Source of the DNA: a bacterium
GTDB lineage: Bacteria; Bacteroidota; Ignavibacteria; UBA10030
Assembly (NCBI GenBank): GCA_043803945.1
Contig: JAZDJN010000092.1
Location: 1 to 25,551 of the forward strand
Reading direction: 5' to 3'
DNA length: 25,551 bases
Each line of letters begins with the position of its first letter. Position 1 is the stretch's first letter. The notes below the pieces were generated by a model that was not told the origin of the DNA, searched no databases, and worked only from the letters and a program-made list of their open reading frames with translations. A program made the translations under genes and the position numbers. Below are positions 16,612 through 25,411 of this stretch, piece by piece.

Positions 16612-19026
16612 TCAATGTTCATCGATGGTATCAACTTCTTTCCATTGTCCGTCTCGTTCAAATCTCAACGTTCTGATCTCGAACGGAGCGAAGGAGATTT
16701 TCAATGATTTCTTCATTGTCTTGAGCTTAAGTGTAGATTGTGTTGGCCTCCCTGTGGTTTCCTGCAACCGAATAATTAAGGCTTTACCATCCCACGAGCG
16801 TTTGTACGCCAGCATGCGGATCTTGGATGGAACAAGTTCAACGAAGTTGTCAAGTTGTGATTGTTTTTTACCTATCGGAAGATGAGAGTAAGCCAGCGGC
16901 GGAGCAATCAGCCACTCTGCCAGACCTGCTACCCGGTTACGTACTTCATCGGTATCACCTGCCGTTACCAGGAGATGAATATCATGAATTCCCTGATCCA
17001 TAAATTTTCTAGCAGGCGTGTCGCCCAGGGCAAGTCCCTGTTCATGGCAATATGCTGCACTCCGTAACACTGAGAGTCTCAATTCCCCATCCAGAAGATC
17101 GATTCCATGCTGTCCGTTATTGATCAGAGCAAGTGCCGTCTTCCGTCCATTGATTTCCCCTTCGACCATGCACCATCGTCCATGCACATGCTCCTGTCCA
17201 TCCGCAGGGCGATGAATAGCTCCTCCAGGCACTTCACAGAGGAGAGAGCTAGAATTGAAGGATGTCGGTATGGCAAGCTTCAATCGCCGGAGTGCTTCAT
17301 TCCATTGGATCCTGAACTGAAATTCGAGCACCGGCCAATCGGGATATGAAAGCGTACGGAGTGCGATGGTACTTTTATTATAGGTGAATACGGATTCCGT
17401 AATTCTTCGAATCGGACCATCTGCAATCACACAGAACCTTTCAGGGATTGGAACGAATTCAGCTATAACATTTCTGTAACTCCACCTGTCACTACCCCAC
17501 GCATCACCATCATCTTCAACGATAAGCGGCTGCAGCAACAATCCATTTAAACACTCCCTTCCTCCACCGGCATCAAGATTCCGAATTAATCCCTCCTGAG
17601 GATCGAGTTTATAGTTCATTACAGGAGCACACCCCGATTGCTCACGTGTTCCCTCATGGAGCTGCAGTTCGTATCGGGACACACCCAATTGAGGAAGCTC
17701 TGCCTTAAAACTCACCCTCCTTCTCCATGAGTTAAAGGGCAGCAACGACTCGGGTTGCTCCTCCTGGCATGGGATTTCACTACCATCAAGTGCATAAAGC
17801 CGCAGATGCCAGTTTCCTGTCCATTTTGGCTGGTAGGCAATGACACATTCAACTTGAGCAGGACAGCTTGTGACCGAAGGATTGGTATTATAGAGAGAGA
17901 CGGGGATATAAAGACATCGATGGTTTCCTTTGTTGAGATTCGTTGCCGCTCCCGTTCGAATGCGTCTTACGGATTCTGCGGAACGGCCATACTGATCAAG
18001 TGCGTCGTGTTCTGCGGGTTCTATGCAAGATCCAGGCAGAATGTCATGAAAATCGTTAAACAGATGATCGCACCATGCTTCTGCCAATGTATCCTCGGGG
18101 TACGGCTGATGATTGTGCCACCAGGACGCGGAGCGCAGTGCTTCCGCCTGCACAAGCTCGGCAAGACCTTTCTGTGCACGGCGCTTCACACGCGAGAGCG
18201 AGGTATAGCATCCTGTGAATGCGCGTTGAAGATCTCCCTGGAAAATTGGGGCATGCGTTTTATACTTCCTTAATGCATGGTATAAATTCTCCGTGGTGCT
18301 GTAGATGATGTTTATCCGCTCTTCTCTTGCCATGCATTCATCGATGATCGCAAGCGCCTCCTGTGTTGCTCCTCCGCCATGATTGCCCACACCCCAGAAC
18401 ACCGGCACATCGCGTTTCAGTTGAAGTGCCAGTTCAATCCCCTGCTCAATTCTGCTCTGAATATTCTCAGCTTCTGCATGGTATAATCCGACCGCGATCC
18501 GGTAGGTGAGTATCTCCGAACCATCCACACCCTTCCATCGATACAGATCGGCTGGTAAGTCGAGCTCATGCTTCTGTGGGCGCATATGGATATACATATG
18601 ATATCCGGCAAGGTTCAGGATCTGTGGCAAACCGCCGCTGTGTCCAAACGAATCAAAATTGTAAGCAACGATTGGTTCTACATTGAAGTGTTTGCGGAAG
18701 AACTGCCTTCCTTCCGCGATGTGCCTGATGATCGACTCGGTTCCGGGGATATTGACATCCGGCTGTAAATACCAGCCTCCGCTGATACACCAACGCCTGT
18801 TCCTGACAAGTCTCTGGATCTGTTTGAATAATGGGCGATCATATTCGAGAACCCAGCGATAGAGCACCGACTCGTTATGATTGAAGATGAATTGTTTATG
18901 CTCATTAATTAATTCGATGGCATTGCCAAATGTGGCCAGTGCCTCGGAACATCCCTCTTCCCATCGCCATTGCCAGACGGGATCAAGGTGGGCGTTGCAG
19001 ATCATATGGATGGTTGGTTTCTTCAT
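16612..19026 (-). CDS. Glycoside hydrolase family 38 (alpha-mannosidase-like), probably cytoplasmic
   Basis: NAHLDPVWQW (Zn ligands), GGWYLQPD, FDSFGHS (nucleophile Asp), GVGNHGGG, GCYTS and FHDILPGS. No signal peptide. Confidence 0.9.
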   Translation of the reverse strand: MKKPTIHMICNAHLDPVWQWRWEEGCSEALATFGNAIELINEHKQFIFNHNESVLYRWVLEYDRPLFKQIQRLVRNRRWCISGGWYLQPDVNIPGTESIIRHIAEGRQFFRKHFNVEPIVAYNFDSFGHSGGLPQILNLAGYHMYIHMRPQKHELDLPADLYRWKGVDGSEILTYRIAVGLYHAEAENIQSRIEQGIELALQLKRDVPVFWGVGNHGGGATQEALAIIDECMAREERINIIYSTTENLYHALRKYKTHAPIFQGDLQRAFTGCYTSLSRVKRRAQKGLAELVQAEALRSASWWHNHQPYPEDTLAEAWCDHLFNDFHDILPGSCIEPAEHDALDQYGRSAESVRRIRTGAATNLNKGNHRCLYIPVSLYNTNPSVTSCPAQVECVIAYQPKWTGNWHLRLYALDGSEIPCQEEQPESLLPFNSWRRRVSFKAELPQLGVSRYELQLHEGTREQSGCAPVMNYKLDPQEGLIRNLDAGGGRECLNGLLLQPLIVEDDGDAWGSDRWSYRNVIAEFVPIPERFCVIADGPIRRITESVFTYNKSTIALRTLSYPDWPVLEFQFRIQWNEALRRLKLAIPTSFNSSSLLCEVPGGAIHRPADGQEHVHGRWCMVEGEINGRKTALALINNGQHGIDLLDGELRLSVLRSAAYCHEQGLALGDTPARKFMDQGIHDIHLLVTAGDTDEVRNRVAGLAEWLIAPPLAYSHLPIGKKQSQLDNFVELVPSKIRMLAYKRSWDGKALIIRLQETTGRPTQSTLKLKTMKKSLKISFAPFEIRTLRFERDGQWKEVDTIDEH

Positions 19027-19029
19027 GAG

Positions 19030-19908
19030 TCACCTTCTGGTTGAAAATGTCTCAGCAAGCTTTGTAATAAAATTCGCATTTGTCCCGCAGCAACCTCCGA
19101 TAAAATTTGCTCCCGCGGCAACGATTTCTTTTGTATAAGAGGAAAACTGTTCCGGCAATGCTCGGTAAGCGATCTTGCCATTGACAATCTCCGGCATTCC
19201 CGCATTTGGTTTGATCCAGATGGGGAGAGCTGTAAGTGATCGAAGGCTTTTACAGATAGAAAGAAAATGCTCGACCCCCATCCCGCAATTAGCTCCAAGG
19301 GCGTCGACATCGATCGCTTCAAGCTGTTCCACGACTTCTTCCGGACTGTTACCCATCATCGTCCGGTCGTGATGCAACCCGGAGTCGAACACCATGGAGA
19401 CAATGACCGGTAAGCCTGTACTTTTCGCTGCCCGAGCTGCAATGACCGCCTCCTGAAGGTCGCTCATCGTTTCGACAACGATCCCTTGAGCGCCCCCTTC
19501 GGCAAGGGCTTGTGCCTGCTCATTGAACGCAGCAGACATTTCTTCTTCGGTGATCTCTTCAGTCATCAAGAGTTTTCCAGTCGGACCCATCGATGTAAAG
19601 ACCAGGGTTTCGCTTCCGGCAGCCTTTCTTGAGAGTGACGCTCCTGCCCGATTTATTTCTCCGGTCTTCGCCTCTGCTCCATGGGAAGCGAGCATGATCC
19701 TGTTTGCACCAAATGTATTACTGAGGATGATCCGGCTTCCGGCTTTCACGTACGAGCGTGCAACAGCTTCTATCGCCTCCGGCTTGGTCAGATTCCAAAG
19801 GTCGGGGCATTCCCCCGGCTTCAGACCGCGTTGTTGAAGTTGTGTTCCCCAGGCACCATCGGTAATGATAGGGGATTGTTCAAGTAGAGACTTTATGGTT
19901 GGATGCAT
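19030..19908 (-). CDS. Homocysteine S-methyltransferase family protein (stand-alone MetH Hcy-binding module)
   Basis: TDGAWGT, NTFGAN, GPTG, VETMSD, GANCG, KPNAGMP and IGGCCGT (Zn-binding cysteines). Confidence 0.92.
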   Translation of the reverse strand: MHPTIKSLLEQSPIITDGAWGTQLQQRGLKPGECPDLWNLTKPEAIEAVARSYVKAGSRIILSNTFGANRIMLASHGAEAKTGEINRAGASLSRKAAGSETLVFTSMGPTGKLLMTEEITEEEMSAAFNEQAQALAEGGAQGIVVETMSDLQEAVIAARAAKSTGLPVIVSMVFDSGLHHDRTMMGNSPEEVVEQLEAIDVDALGANCGMGVEHFLSICKSLRSLTALPIWIKPNAGMPEIVNGKIAYRALPEQFSSYTKEIVAAGANFIGGCCGTNANFITKLAETFSTRR

Positions 19909-20014
19909 ACCAAGAACTCGATGTGATGTTGAGATGTTAATATCCTGTTTCTTACTGCGAAGGAATAATAAGGAATTTGTTCGAGGTACTCAATGGAATG
20001 TGCAGGTTCGCGAA

Positions 20015-20126
20015 AGAAGTCCGTCTTTTTCCATAGAAATACCCTTGAGAAAAGACGGACTTCTCCTTCTGAATAAAATGACCGTCATCTCTCAAAGAGA
20101 GAACTTAAGGTAGATGACGGTCATTT
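20015..20126. repeat. Pair of REP-like inverted doublets (type A then type B)
   Basis: AGAAGTCCGTCTTTT 20015 / AAAAGACGGACTTCT 20050; AAATGACCGTCATCT 20076 / AGATGACGGTCATTT 20112. Confidence 0.85.
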
Positions 20127-20135
20127 ATGAAGCCT

Positions 20136-21698
20136 TTAAAAAGGGAAATCCTTGGTATTATCGAAGTCGCCTTCAACTTTTTTTACCTGAGGTTTCTTGG
20201 CAACCTGGTGGGTGGTATTGGAGGTGACATAAATTGCTTTGCGCGGAACTGTCGGGCATGCATGCTCGCAGGCACCGCACCCTACACAAATATCATTATT
20301 CAACTCAGGAAGCATCAGCTTCCCTTCGTACGGTATCATGTGAACTGCTTTTGTCGGGCAATGCTCAGAACACGCACCGCAATCTTTCTTCTTCGTAATG
20401 ACAATGCAATCATCCTTTACAAAAGCCGCCTTTCCGATCTGCACAAGCTTCTTTGCTTCTTTGCCTAATGGTAAAATCGCACCGCTCGGACAGACCTCTC
20501 CACAAACCGTGCAATCGTAATTGCAATAGCTGGCGTTATAATTCATGCGAGGCTGGAATACTCCTGCAATCCCATACTCGATGAACGACGGATAAAGCAC
20601 CTGGGGAGGACATGCAGTAACACAGAGATGGCAGGCAGTACAATAATTCGTGAAATGCGCAGTGCTCCGAGACCCGGGAGGCGTTACGGGAGTCCGCCTG
20701 CTCTCACCGTAACTGATCGGTGATGCAGCAGTCGAATCATTGGCTACGGTAATAGGTATCGTTGCCATCGCAGCGGAAGAAACTGCGGCCCCCATGAATT
20801 GCCTGCGGCTTTCATCTACCGGTTTCGATTTCCGATGCAGTAAGGTCTCTTTCCAATAATTCTCATACTTCAATCCGACGCTTGGACAGACATCGATACA
20901 ATTAAAGCAACTAACACACTGGCTGAAATCGATCATCTTCTTACCACTCTCAATACAGTTTGCTTTACAGACTTTTTCGCAAAGCTTGCACTCTGTGCAT
21001 GTCTCTTCGTTGACAACTATTTTAAAAAAAGAGACACGCGAGAGAATGCCTAGGAATGCTCCTGCGGGACAGAGTGTATTACAGAACAATCTGCCATGGT
21101 TGTAGGACATATAGACGACGACTGCGAGGAAGAGAACAGGAACAATCAGCGCCCAAATCTGAACGGGCCGGATGAAGAGAGCATGCAGGGTGTAGAGACC
21201 GAATTTCCCCAGGATGAACGCGGCGGCATTATTGACATGGCCGACGAGGGGATTAAAAAGGTTGGAGATGATCCTTCCATAATTACTGAAGGGTTCCACA
21301 AGGTTTAGCAGAATCAAACTGCCGCTTGCAAATGCCAGCGTGATAATCCCAAAGAGCGAATAATGGAGAAGTGTATAGGGCTTCCGGTATTTAAACCATC
21401 TCCTCTTCCGGTTCCGCTTCGCGATCTTAATGACGACATCCTGCAATGTCCCCAGCGGACAGATCGACGAGCAATAAACCCTGCCAAACAGAAGTGTGAG
21501 AAGAAGAACAAATCCTAATCCGAGCGAACTGAGGGCAGTGTAGGTGAGAATTTTCGTAAGTGACGGAATGAGTTGAAGAGAAACAAAAAACGTTGTGACC
21601 GATGTGGGAAATATTTCCCACAAATCCAGAAACAAGAAGGTTACAATTGCAAAGAAAAACAGTGAAATACCAACACGAATCTTCTTCAGTCGCTGCAA
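20136..21698 (-). CDS. Membrane polyferredoxin, NapH/MauN-like plus NapG/MauM-like fusion
   Basis: TTG start with a GGGGAG RBS. Several TM segments, CSSICP and CNTLCP motifs, two CxxCxxCxxxC motifs, internal SRRQFMG plus a hydrophobic stretch, then four more 4Fe-4S motifs. Confidence 0.88.
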   Translation of the reverse strand: MQRLKKIRVGISLFFFAIVTFLFLDLWEIFPTSVTTFFVSLQLIPSLTKILTYTALSSLGLGFVLLLTLLFGRVYCSSICPLGTLQDVVIKIAKRNRKRRWFKYRKPYTLLHYSLFGIITLAFASGSLILLNLVEPFSNYGRIISNLFNPLVGHVNNAAAFILGKFGLYTLHALFIRPVQIWALIVPVLFLAVVVYMSYNHGRLFCNTLCPAGAFLGILSRVSFFKIVVNEETCTECKLCEKVCKANCIESGKKMIDFSQCVSCFNCIDVCPSVGLKYENYWKETLLHRKSKPVDESRRQFMGAAVSSAAMATIPITVANDSTAASPISYGESRRTPVTPPGSRSTAHFTNYCTACHLCVTACPPQVLYPSFIEYGIAGVFQPRMNYNASYCNYDCTVCGEVCPSGAILPLGKEAKKLVQIGKAAFVKDDCIVITKKKDCGACSEHCPTKAVHMIPYEGKLMLPELNNDICVGCGACEHACPTVPRKAIYVTSNTTHQVAKKPQVKKVEGDFDNTKDFPF

Positions 21699-21707
21699 GA
21701 CGCTCCC

Positions 21708-22631
21708 CTACACGGTAATCCGTTTGATATTCAGGTTCTCCAAGTCCATCCTGCCAACTTTCTGTTCTGCGGCAAGAGTGATGTACCGAACTTCTTTTGG
21801 ATCCATCCCAAAGAGCTTTGTTGCTGCCGTATCGATGGCGACGATATCCGTGGAGATCAGGAGAGACTTCATTGTTGCCACATCTTCAACGGAGACTCCG
21901 CGAGGGCCATTTCGTTTCATGACAAAGTAAGCATCAACCACATTTAATGTCGGTTTTCTGAAGGTGGCAAAATCGGCGATGCATTGATGAAGGTCGTTGC
22001 CATGCCAGAAACCGCGATCCCACACATTCCCCATCAGATTCTTCATTCCAATGGTGATGCGTGATGAACTGTGATGTTTAAGAATAGGCACGTTAATGAA
22101 GACGTCGGACGAGAGAATCACTTCATGTTCTTTCGACCTCGTCAGTGTTTTACCGGCCGGCACTGACACATTCTGATAGTAACCTTCTGTATGAGCAGGC
22201 ACGACCTTTGCACCAGCGAGTTTTGCCGCTTCCTCAATGCCGCTGTTTTTATAGCATCGCTGCCAATTGTCGCAGGTATGATCGAAGACATACACTTCTT
22301 TTGCTCCGGCTGCCAGACATTCTTTAACAATCTCACTGATCAGCTTTGGATGGGTGTTACCGCCCCGGTCGGGTGGTACGTCCCAGCCCATATTCGGTTT
22401 GATGGCGACCTTTTGGCCTTTTTTCACAAAGGATTTTATTCCGCCCAGGGCTTCGATTCCCTTCTGGAACATCACATCGGGATCGCCGCCGCGCACGGCA
22501 ACGAGATCGAATGGCACTGTTCCTTTTTCCTGAGGAACAGCACCGAGCAGATTTTGCTGCTGTAACGCGAGGTAAGATCCTGCCGCTAATGATGCACCGA
22601 GACTTTTTCTGAAGAATGACCTTCTATCCAT
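21708..22631 (-). CDS. Tat-exported DUF362-domain protein
   Basis: Start moved to ATG 22631 (MDRRSFFRK). VAIKPNMGW, NTHP, FDHTCD, INVPILKHH, GMKNLMG and DIVAID. Confidence 0.85.
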   Translation of the reverse strand: MDRRSFFRKSLGASLAAGSYLALQQQNLLGAVPQEKGTVPFDLVAVRGGDPDVMFQKGIEALGGIKSFVKKGQKVAIKPNMGWDVPPDRGGNTHPKLISEIVKECLAAGAKEVYVFDHTCDNWQRCYKNSGIEEAAKLAGAKVVPAHTEGYYQNVSVPAGKTLTRSKEHEVILSSDVFINVPILKHHSSSRITIGMKNLMGNVWDRGFWHGNDLHQCIADFATFRKPTLNVVDAYFVMKRNGPRGVSVEDVATMKSLLISTDIVAIDTAATKLFGMDPKEVRYITLAAEQKVGRMDLENLNIKRITV

Positions 22632-22733
22632 AGCTTCCCTACTACTTCTTGATGGTTGACAATTTTTCTTTGCTGTAGAAGCTATAAAACACTTAAAGGA
22701 AAGGCAAGGGGAATGTTGCAAGTGAGGAAGCGG

Positions 22734-22883
22734 AGAAGTCCGTCTTTTTCCTTAGAAACACCTTTGAGAAAAGATGGACTTCTATCTATCCAACGAAGAC
22801 TACTTCAGTCGTATTTATTGAGAACCTGATTGTAGATGACCGTCATCTTACTGAGGTTTATCTCTGAGAGATGACGGTCATCT
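22734..22883. repeat. Pair of REP-like inverted doublets (type A then type B)
   Basis: AGAAGTCCGTCTTTT 22734 / AAAAGATGGACTTCT 22769; AGATGACCGTCATCT 22834 / AGATGACGGTCATCT 22869. Confidence 0.85.
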
Positions 22884-22897
22884 CTCTCATCTTAGAG

Positions 22898-23803
22898 TTA
22901 CTCAAACAGCTTGAGATATGAGAGAATATCTTTAGAGCAATCCTTTGATGCTTCAACAAATATAAGCGACGTCGGATTGAGTTGGCGGAGCGAAAGGCGA
23001 GAATTTCCTGAAATGCGTTGTGCAAATGTCTTTCCAGGCGGAGTCGAAAATCCCTGTTTAACACTAAACTCTTTCAAATCGCTCTTTGATGCGAACTCAA
23101 TCAGAGCAATCCAGATCCACTCCTTTTCCCTCTCGATCGGAAGGATGTAAGCATGGTACCCCGAGAAGCCCTCAAACCGATCCTCCCAATCCGCAAAACT
23201 ATTCTGCACTCCCAATCTACCATACATCAATTTGATGTTCTGTTGATGAAGTGCAAGTTTGGTATTCCGGAACTGCGGCGGAAGGTTAATCTTCGTCGAC
23301 TTGATCTTTCGAAGTAATCTCTGTGCAAATTGTACCATGCGTTCTCTGGTCTGATCAGAACCGGAAGCATTGCTGATATTAATATAATATTCAGAACATG
23401 CTATCTGCAGTTGATGCGAAGAGAGGCAGGAGTATAGAGAAAGCGAATCGACAGAAACGCCCGCCTTCCTAAGAACTTGTTCGGCAGGCAGGCACTTCGA
23501 TCTGTTGATGGAAAAAATTCCAAAGGCATGCAGCGGGCTTTTCATCTTATAGATCTGAATTGTAAACTCATCACCGGCAATTGCAATCTCCTGCAGGCCA
23601 AGGATCTCGAATCCATACTCAAGATACAGTTCAGCTCCTCCATCGATGTAGCCAAAGAGCGCTTTTCCTTTGAACGTCTCTACACGTGTGACAGTAGCTC
23701 CGAGAAGATCCTCTCCCTTAAGGATAGGAAGTCCTTTCTCCTGAGACCACGGAAGGGGATTTGTGAAGAGAAGAAGAATTGCGATATATATTATGCACTT
23801 CAT
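22898..23803 (-). CDS. Exported hypothetical protein, DUF6599-like
   Basis: Signal peptide MKCIIYIAILLLFTNPLPWSQ. LFGYIDGGAELYLEYGF and IYKMKSPLHAFGIFS motifs. The family name is from recall. Confidence 0.7.
   Translation of the reverse strand: MKCIIYIAILLLFTNPLPWSQEKGLPILKGEDLLGATVTRVETFKGKALFGYIDGGAELYLEYGFEILGLQEIAIAGDEFTIQIYKMKSPLHAFGIFSINRSKCLPAEQVLRKAGVSVDSLSLYSCLSSHQLQIACSEYYINISNASGSDQTRERMVQFAQRLLRKIKSTKINLPPQFRNTKLALHQQNIKLMYGRLGVQNSFADWEDRFEGFSGYHAYILPIEREKEWIWIALIEFASKSDLKEFSVKQGFSTPPGKTFAQRISGNSRLSLRQLNPTSLIFVEASKDCSKDILSYLKLFE
23460..23492 (-). repeat. 33-bp REP-like element lying in-frame inside the DUF6599-like gene
   Basis: The minus strand reads CCTGCCTGCCGAA-CAAGTTCTTAG-GAAGGCGGG. 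The first 13 nt are identical to the intergenic element at 5033 and the 3' arm is 7/9 identical. It encodes LPAEQVLRKAG. Confidence 0.65.
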
Positions 23804-23822
23804 AGAATCTTTCAGGTATGGA

Positions 23823-23969
23823 AGATGACCGTCATCTTACTAAGGTGTAACGCGATTAGATGATGGTCATCTATACAACCGTTCAGGTCGGGAGCGAAAC
23901 TCCCTCCCAGTTACCAGCAGAAGTCCGTCTTTTTACATCGAATTACCAGTGAGTAAAAGACGGACTTCT
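23823..23969. repeat. Pair of REP-like inverted doublets (type B then type A)
   Basis: AGATGACCGTCATCT 23823 / AGATGATGGTCATCT 23858; AGAAGTCCGTCTTTT 23919 / AAAAGACGGACTTCT 23955. Confidence 0.85.
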
Positions 23970-24003
23970 ATAATGCGAGATGAGTAATTACTTAAAAATA
24001 TTC

Positions 24004-24038
24004 ATCAGTGAAAATCTGTGACATCAGTGTTATCTGTG
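24004..24038. repeat. Four 9-10-bp-period ATC(A/T)GTG tandem units (single arm)
   Basis: ATCAGTG 24004, ATCTGTG 24014, ATCAGTG 24023 and ATCTGTG 24032, directly after the DUF362 stop. Same motif as 14627-14663. Confidence 0.6.
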
Positions 24039-24040
24039 GT

Positions 24041-25204
24041 CTACACTTTCTGCAATTGTATTTTACTGATATCGGATTCGCCAAGGCCGTAATTCTTTGC
24101 CAGGTCGAGGAATAATCTTCTGCCCGGGACATCTTCCTTCTGTAATTTTTCGTCGATTCGCTTCTTCACCACTATTTCATGGCCAATCCGATCCACTGCA
24201 ACGGGATCAGTTCCAACAAGGACTGTCTTGTATTCGGTGAAGAATTTAGGATCGGCACCGGGGCCCTTGTCGTAACATCCTTTTATTCCATCCACTATAT
24301 TCAATACCACTTTATCGCGTACTGGCTCGAAGCAGGGTACTTCGGCGCAGGTTTCATGCCAGCTGCGATGCAGTCGGCCGGTGTTGGATATACAACCATA
24401 CGCGAGATTCTTCAGACATAATGTGACTGTTGGTCCGGCATTCTTCAAGATCGGGATATTGATAATTTTGGTAACCTGCTGCGTGCAGATCTTGCCGAAA
24501 TATGAATGCTTCCCTTCATTGATCATGTACGGCAATGTTTCGGCATCATATTTTTGTTCGAGATCGGCCCAGTAGGACCACTTCTCATCGATCATGTCGG
24601 CTCCATACAATTTCCCTTCAGCATTATAGAAAGAGCCCTTCTCGTCTTTCCGTTCCGTGCCGATGATCTGCACACCGGGGAAATTTTCTTTTGTGAATCC
24701 GACCTCGTGCATTTCAAATTCACGACGATCCCAAATAACAATATTCTTTTTCGGGATACCGGATTCTTCAAGCTGCTTCACAATCGCATGAACAATCTCA
24801 AGACTCGTCGAAAGATCTTTGCCGGCAACCGGATTCACTTTCAATCCGATAATATCCTCTGGCGTGACAAACTGGTTCCATGCTTTCGCTATCGAGGAGG
24901 CGCCGGTGAGTGTCAGCAAGCTTTTTCGCACCATTGCATCGACAACGGGCAGATCGATCTTGTTGTTGGCAATCGATTTATCGTCATAAGCTTGAATCAC
25001 CGTTCCAGGATATTTCCCTGGCAGTGATTTCTCGTTCCGCGGCACTTTCAAAGCATCTTGAATATTTGTGGCAGGCTTTGCGGGCTTTGGTTTCTCCTGA
25101 GAGAGCATCTCCTCAGATGCCAATGCGGCTACAGCGGTTCCAACTGCCGCTAAGCGTACAAATTCCCTGCGACCGATTTTCAATGGATCATCATATGTTT
25201 TCAT
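24041..25204 (-). CDS. Second Tat-exported DUF362-domain protein
   Basis: GRREFVR Tat motif, IGLKVNP, IVIWDR, INIPILKN, LCLKNLAYG and TDPVAVD. GGAGG RBS. Confidence 0.82.
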   Translation of the reverse strand: MKTYDDPLKIGRREFVRLAAVGTAVAALASEEMLSQEKPKPAKPATNIQDALKVPRNEKSLPGKYPGTVIQAYDDKSIANNKIDLPVVDAMVRKSLLTLTGASSIAKAWNQFVTPEDIIGLKVNPVAGKDLSTSLEIVHAIVKQLEESGIPKKNIVIWDRREFEMHEVGFTKENFPGVQIIGTERKDEKGSFYNAEGKLYGADMIDEKWSYWADLEQKYDAETLPYMINEGKHSYFGKICTQQVTKIINIPILKNAGPTVTLCLKNLAYGCISNTGRLHRSWHETCAEVPCFEPVRDKVVLNIVDGIKGCYDKGPGADPKFFTEYKTVLVGTDPVAVDRIGHEIVVKKRIDEKLQKEDVPGRRLFLDLAKNYGLGESDISKIQLQKV

Positions 25205-25411
25205 GCTTCCTCCAATGTGGATCTGTTTAGTTTGTCAAAAGAGAATTTAACCGCCCCCGATGAATCGAGGCAGGCAAAACGTTGAGGAGAGATTAAAGGA
25301 ATATTTGACATTGAACGTCTTAGCGCGCGGCGTCTTGAAGTAACCGATATTTGGTTGAAGATAGTCGACATATCTTCTTCTTCCATTACCCCTTCATCCC
25401 CTCCTCGATGG

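Noticed and set aside
20015-23969. CRISPR array or integron attC sites
   Set aside because: The repeats are inverted doublets scattered between genes, not direct repeats with unique spacers. There are no cas or intI genes and I did not recognise attC core sites.
354-25230. The many short ORFs overlapping the long genes on the opposite strand or in other frames
   Set aside because: They are shadow ORFs of well-supported genes and lack recognisable motifs.
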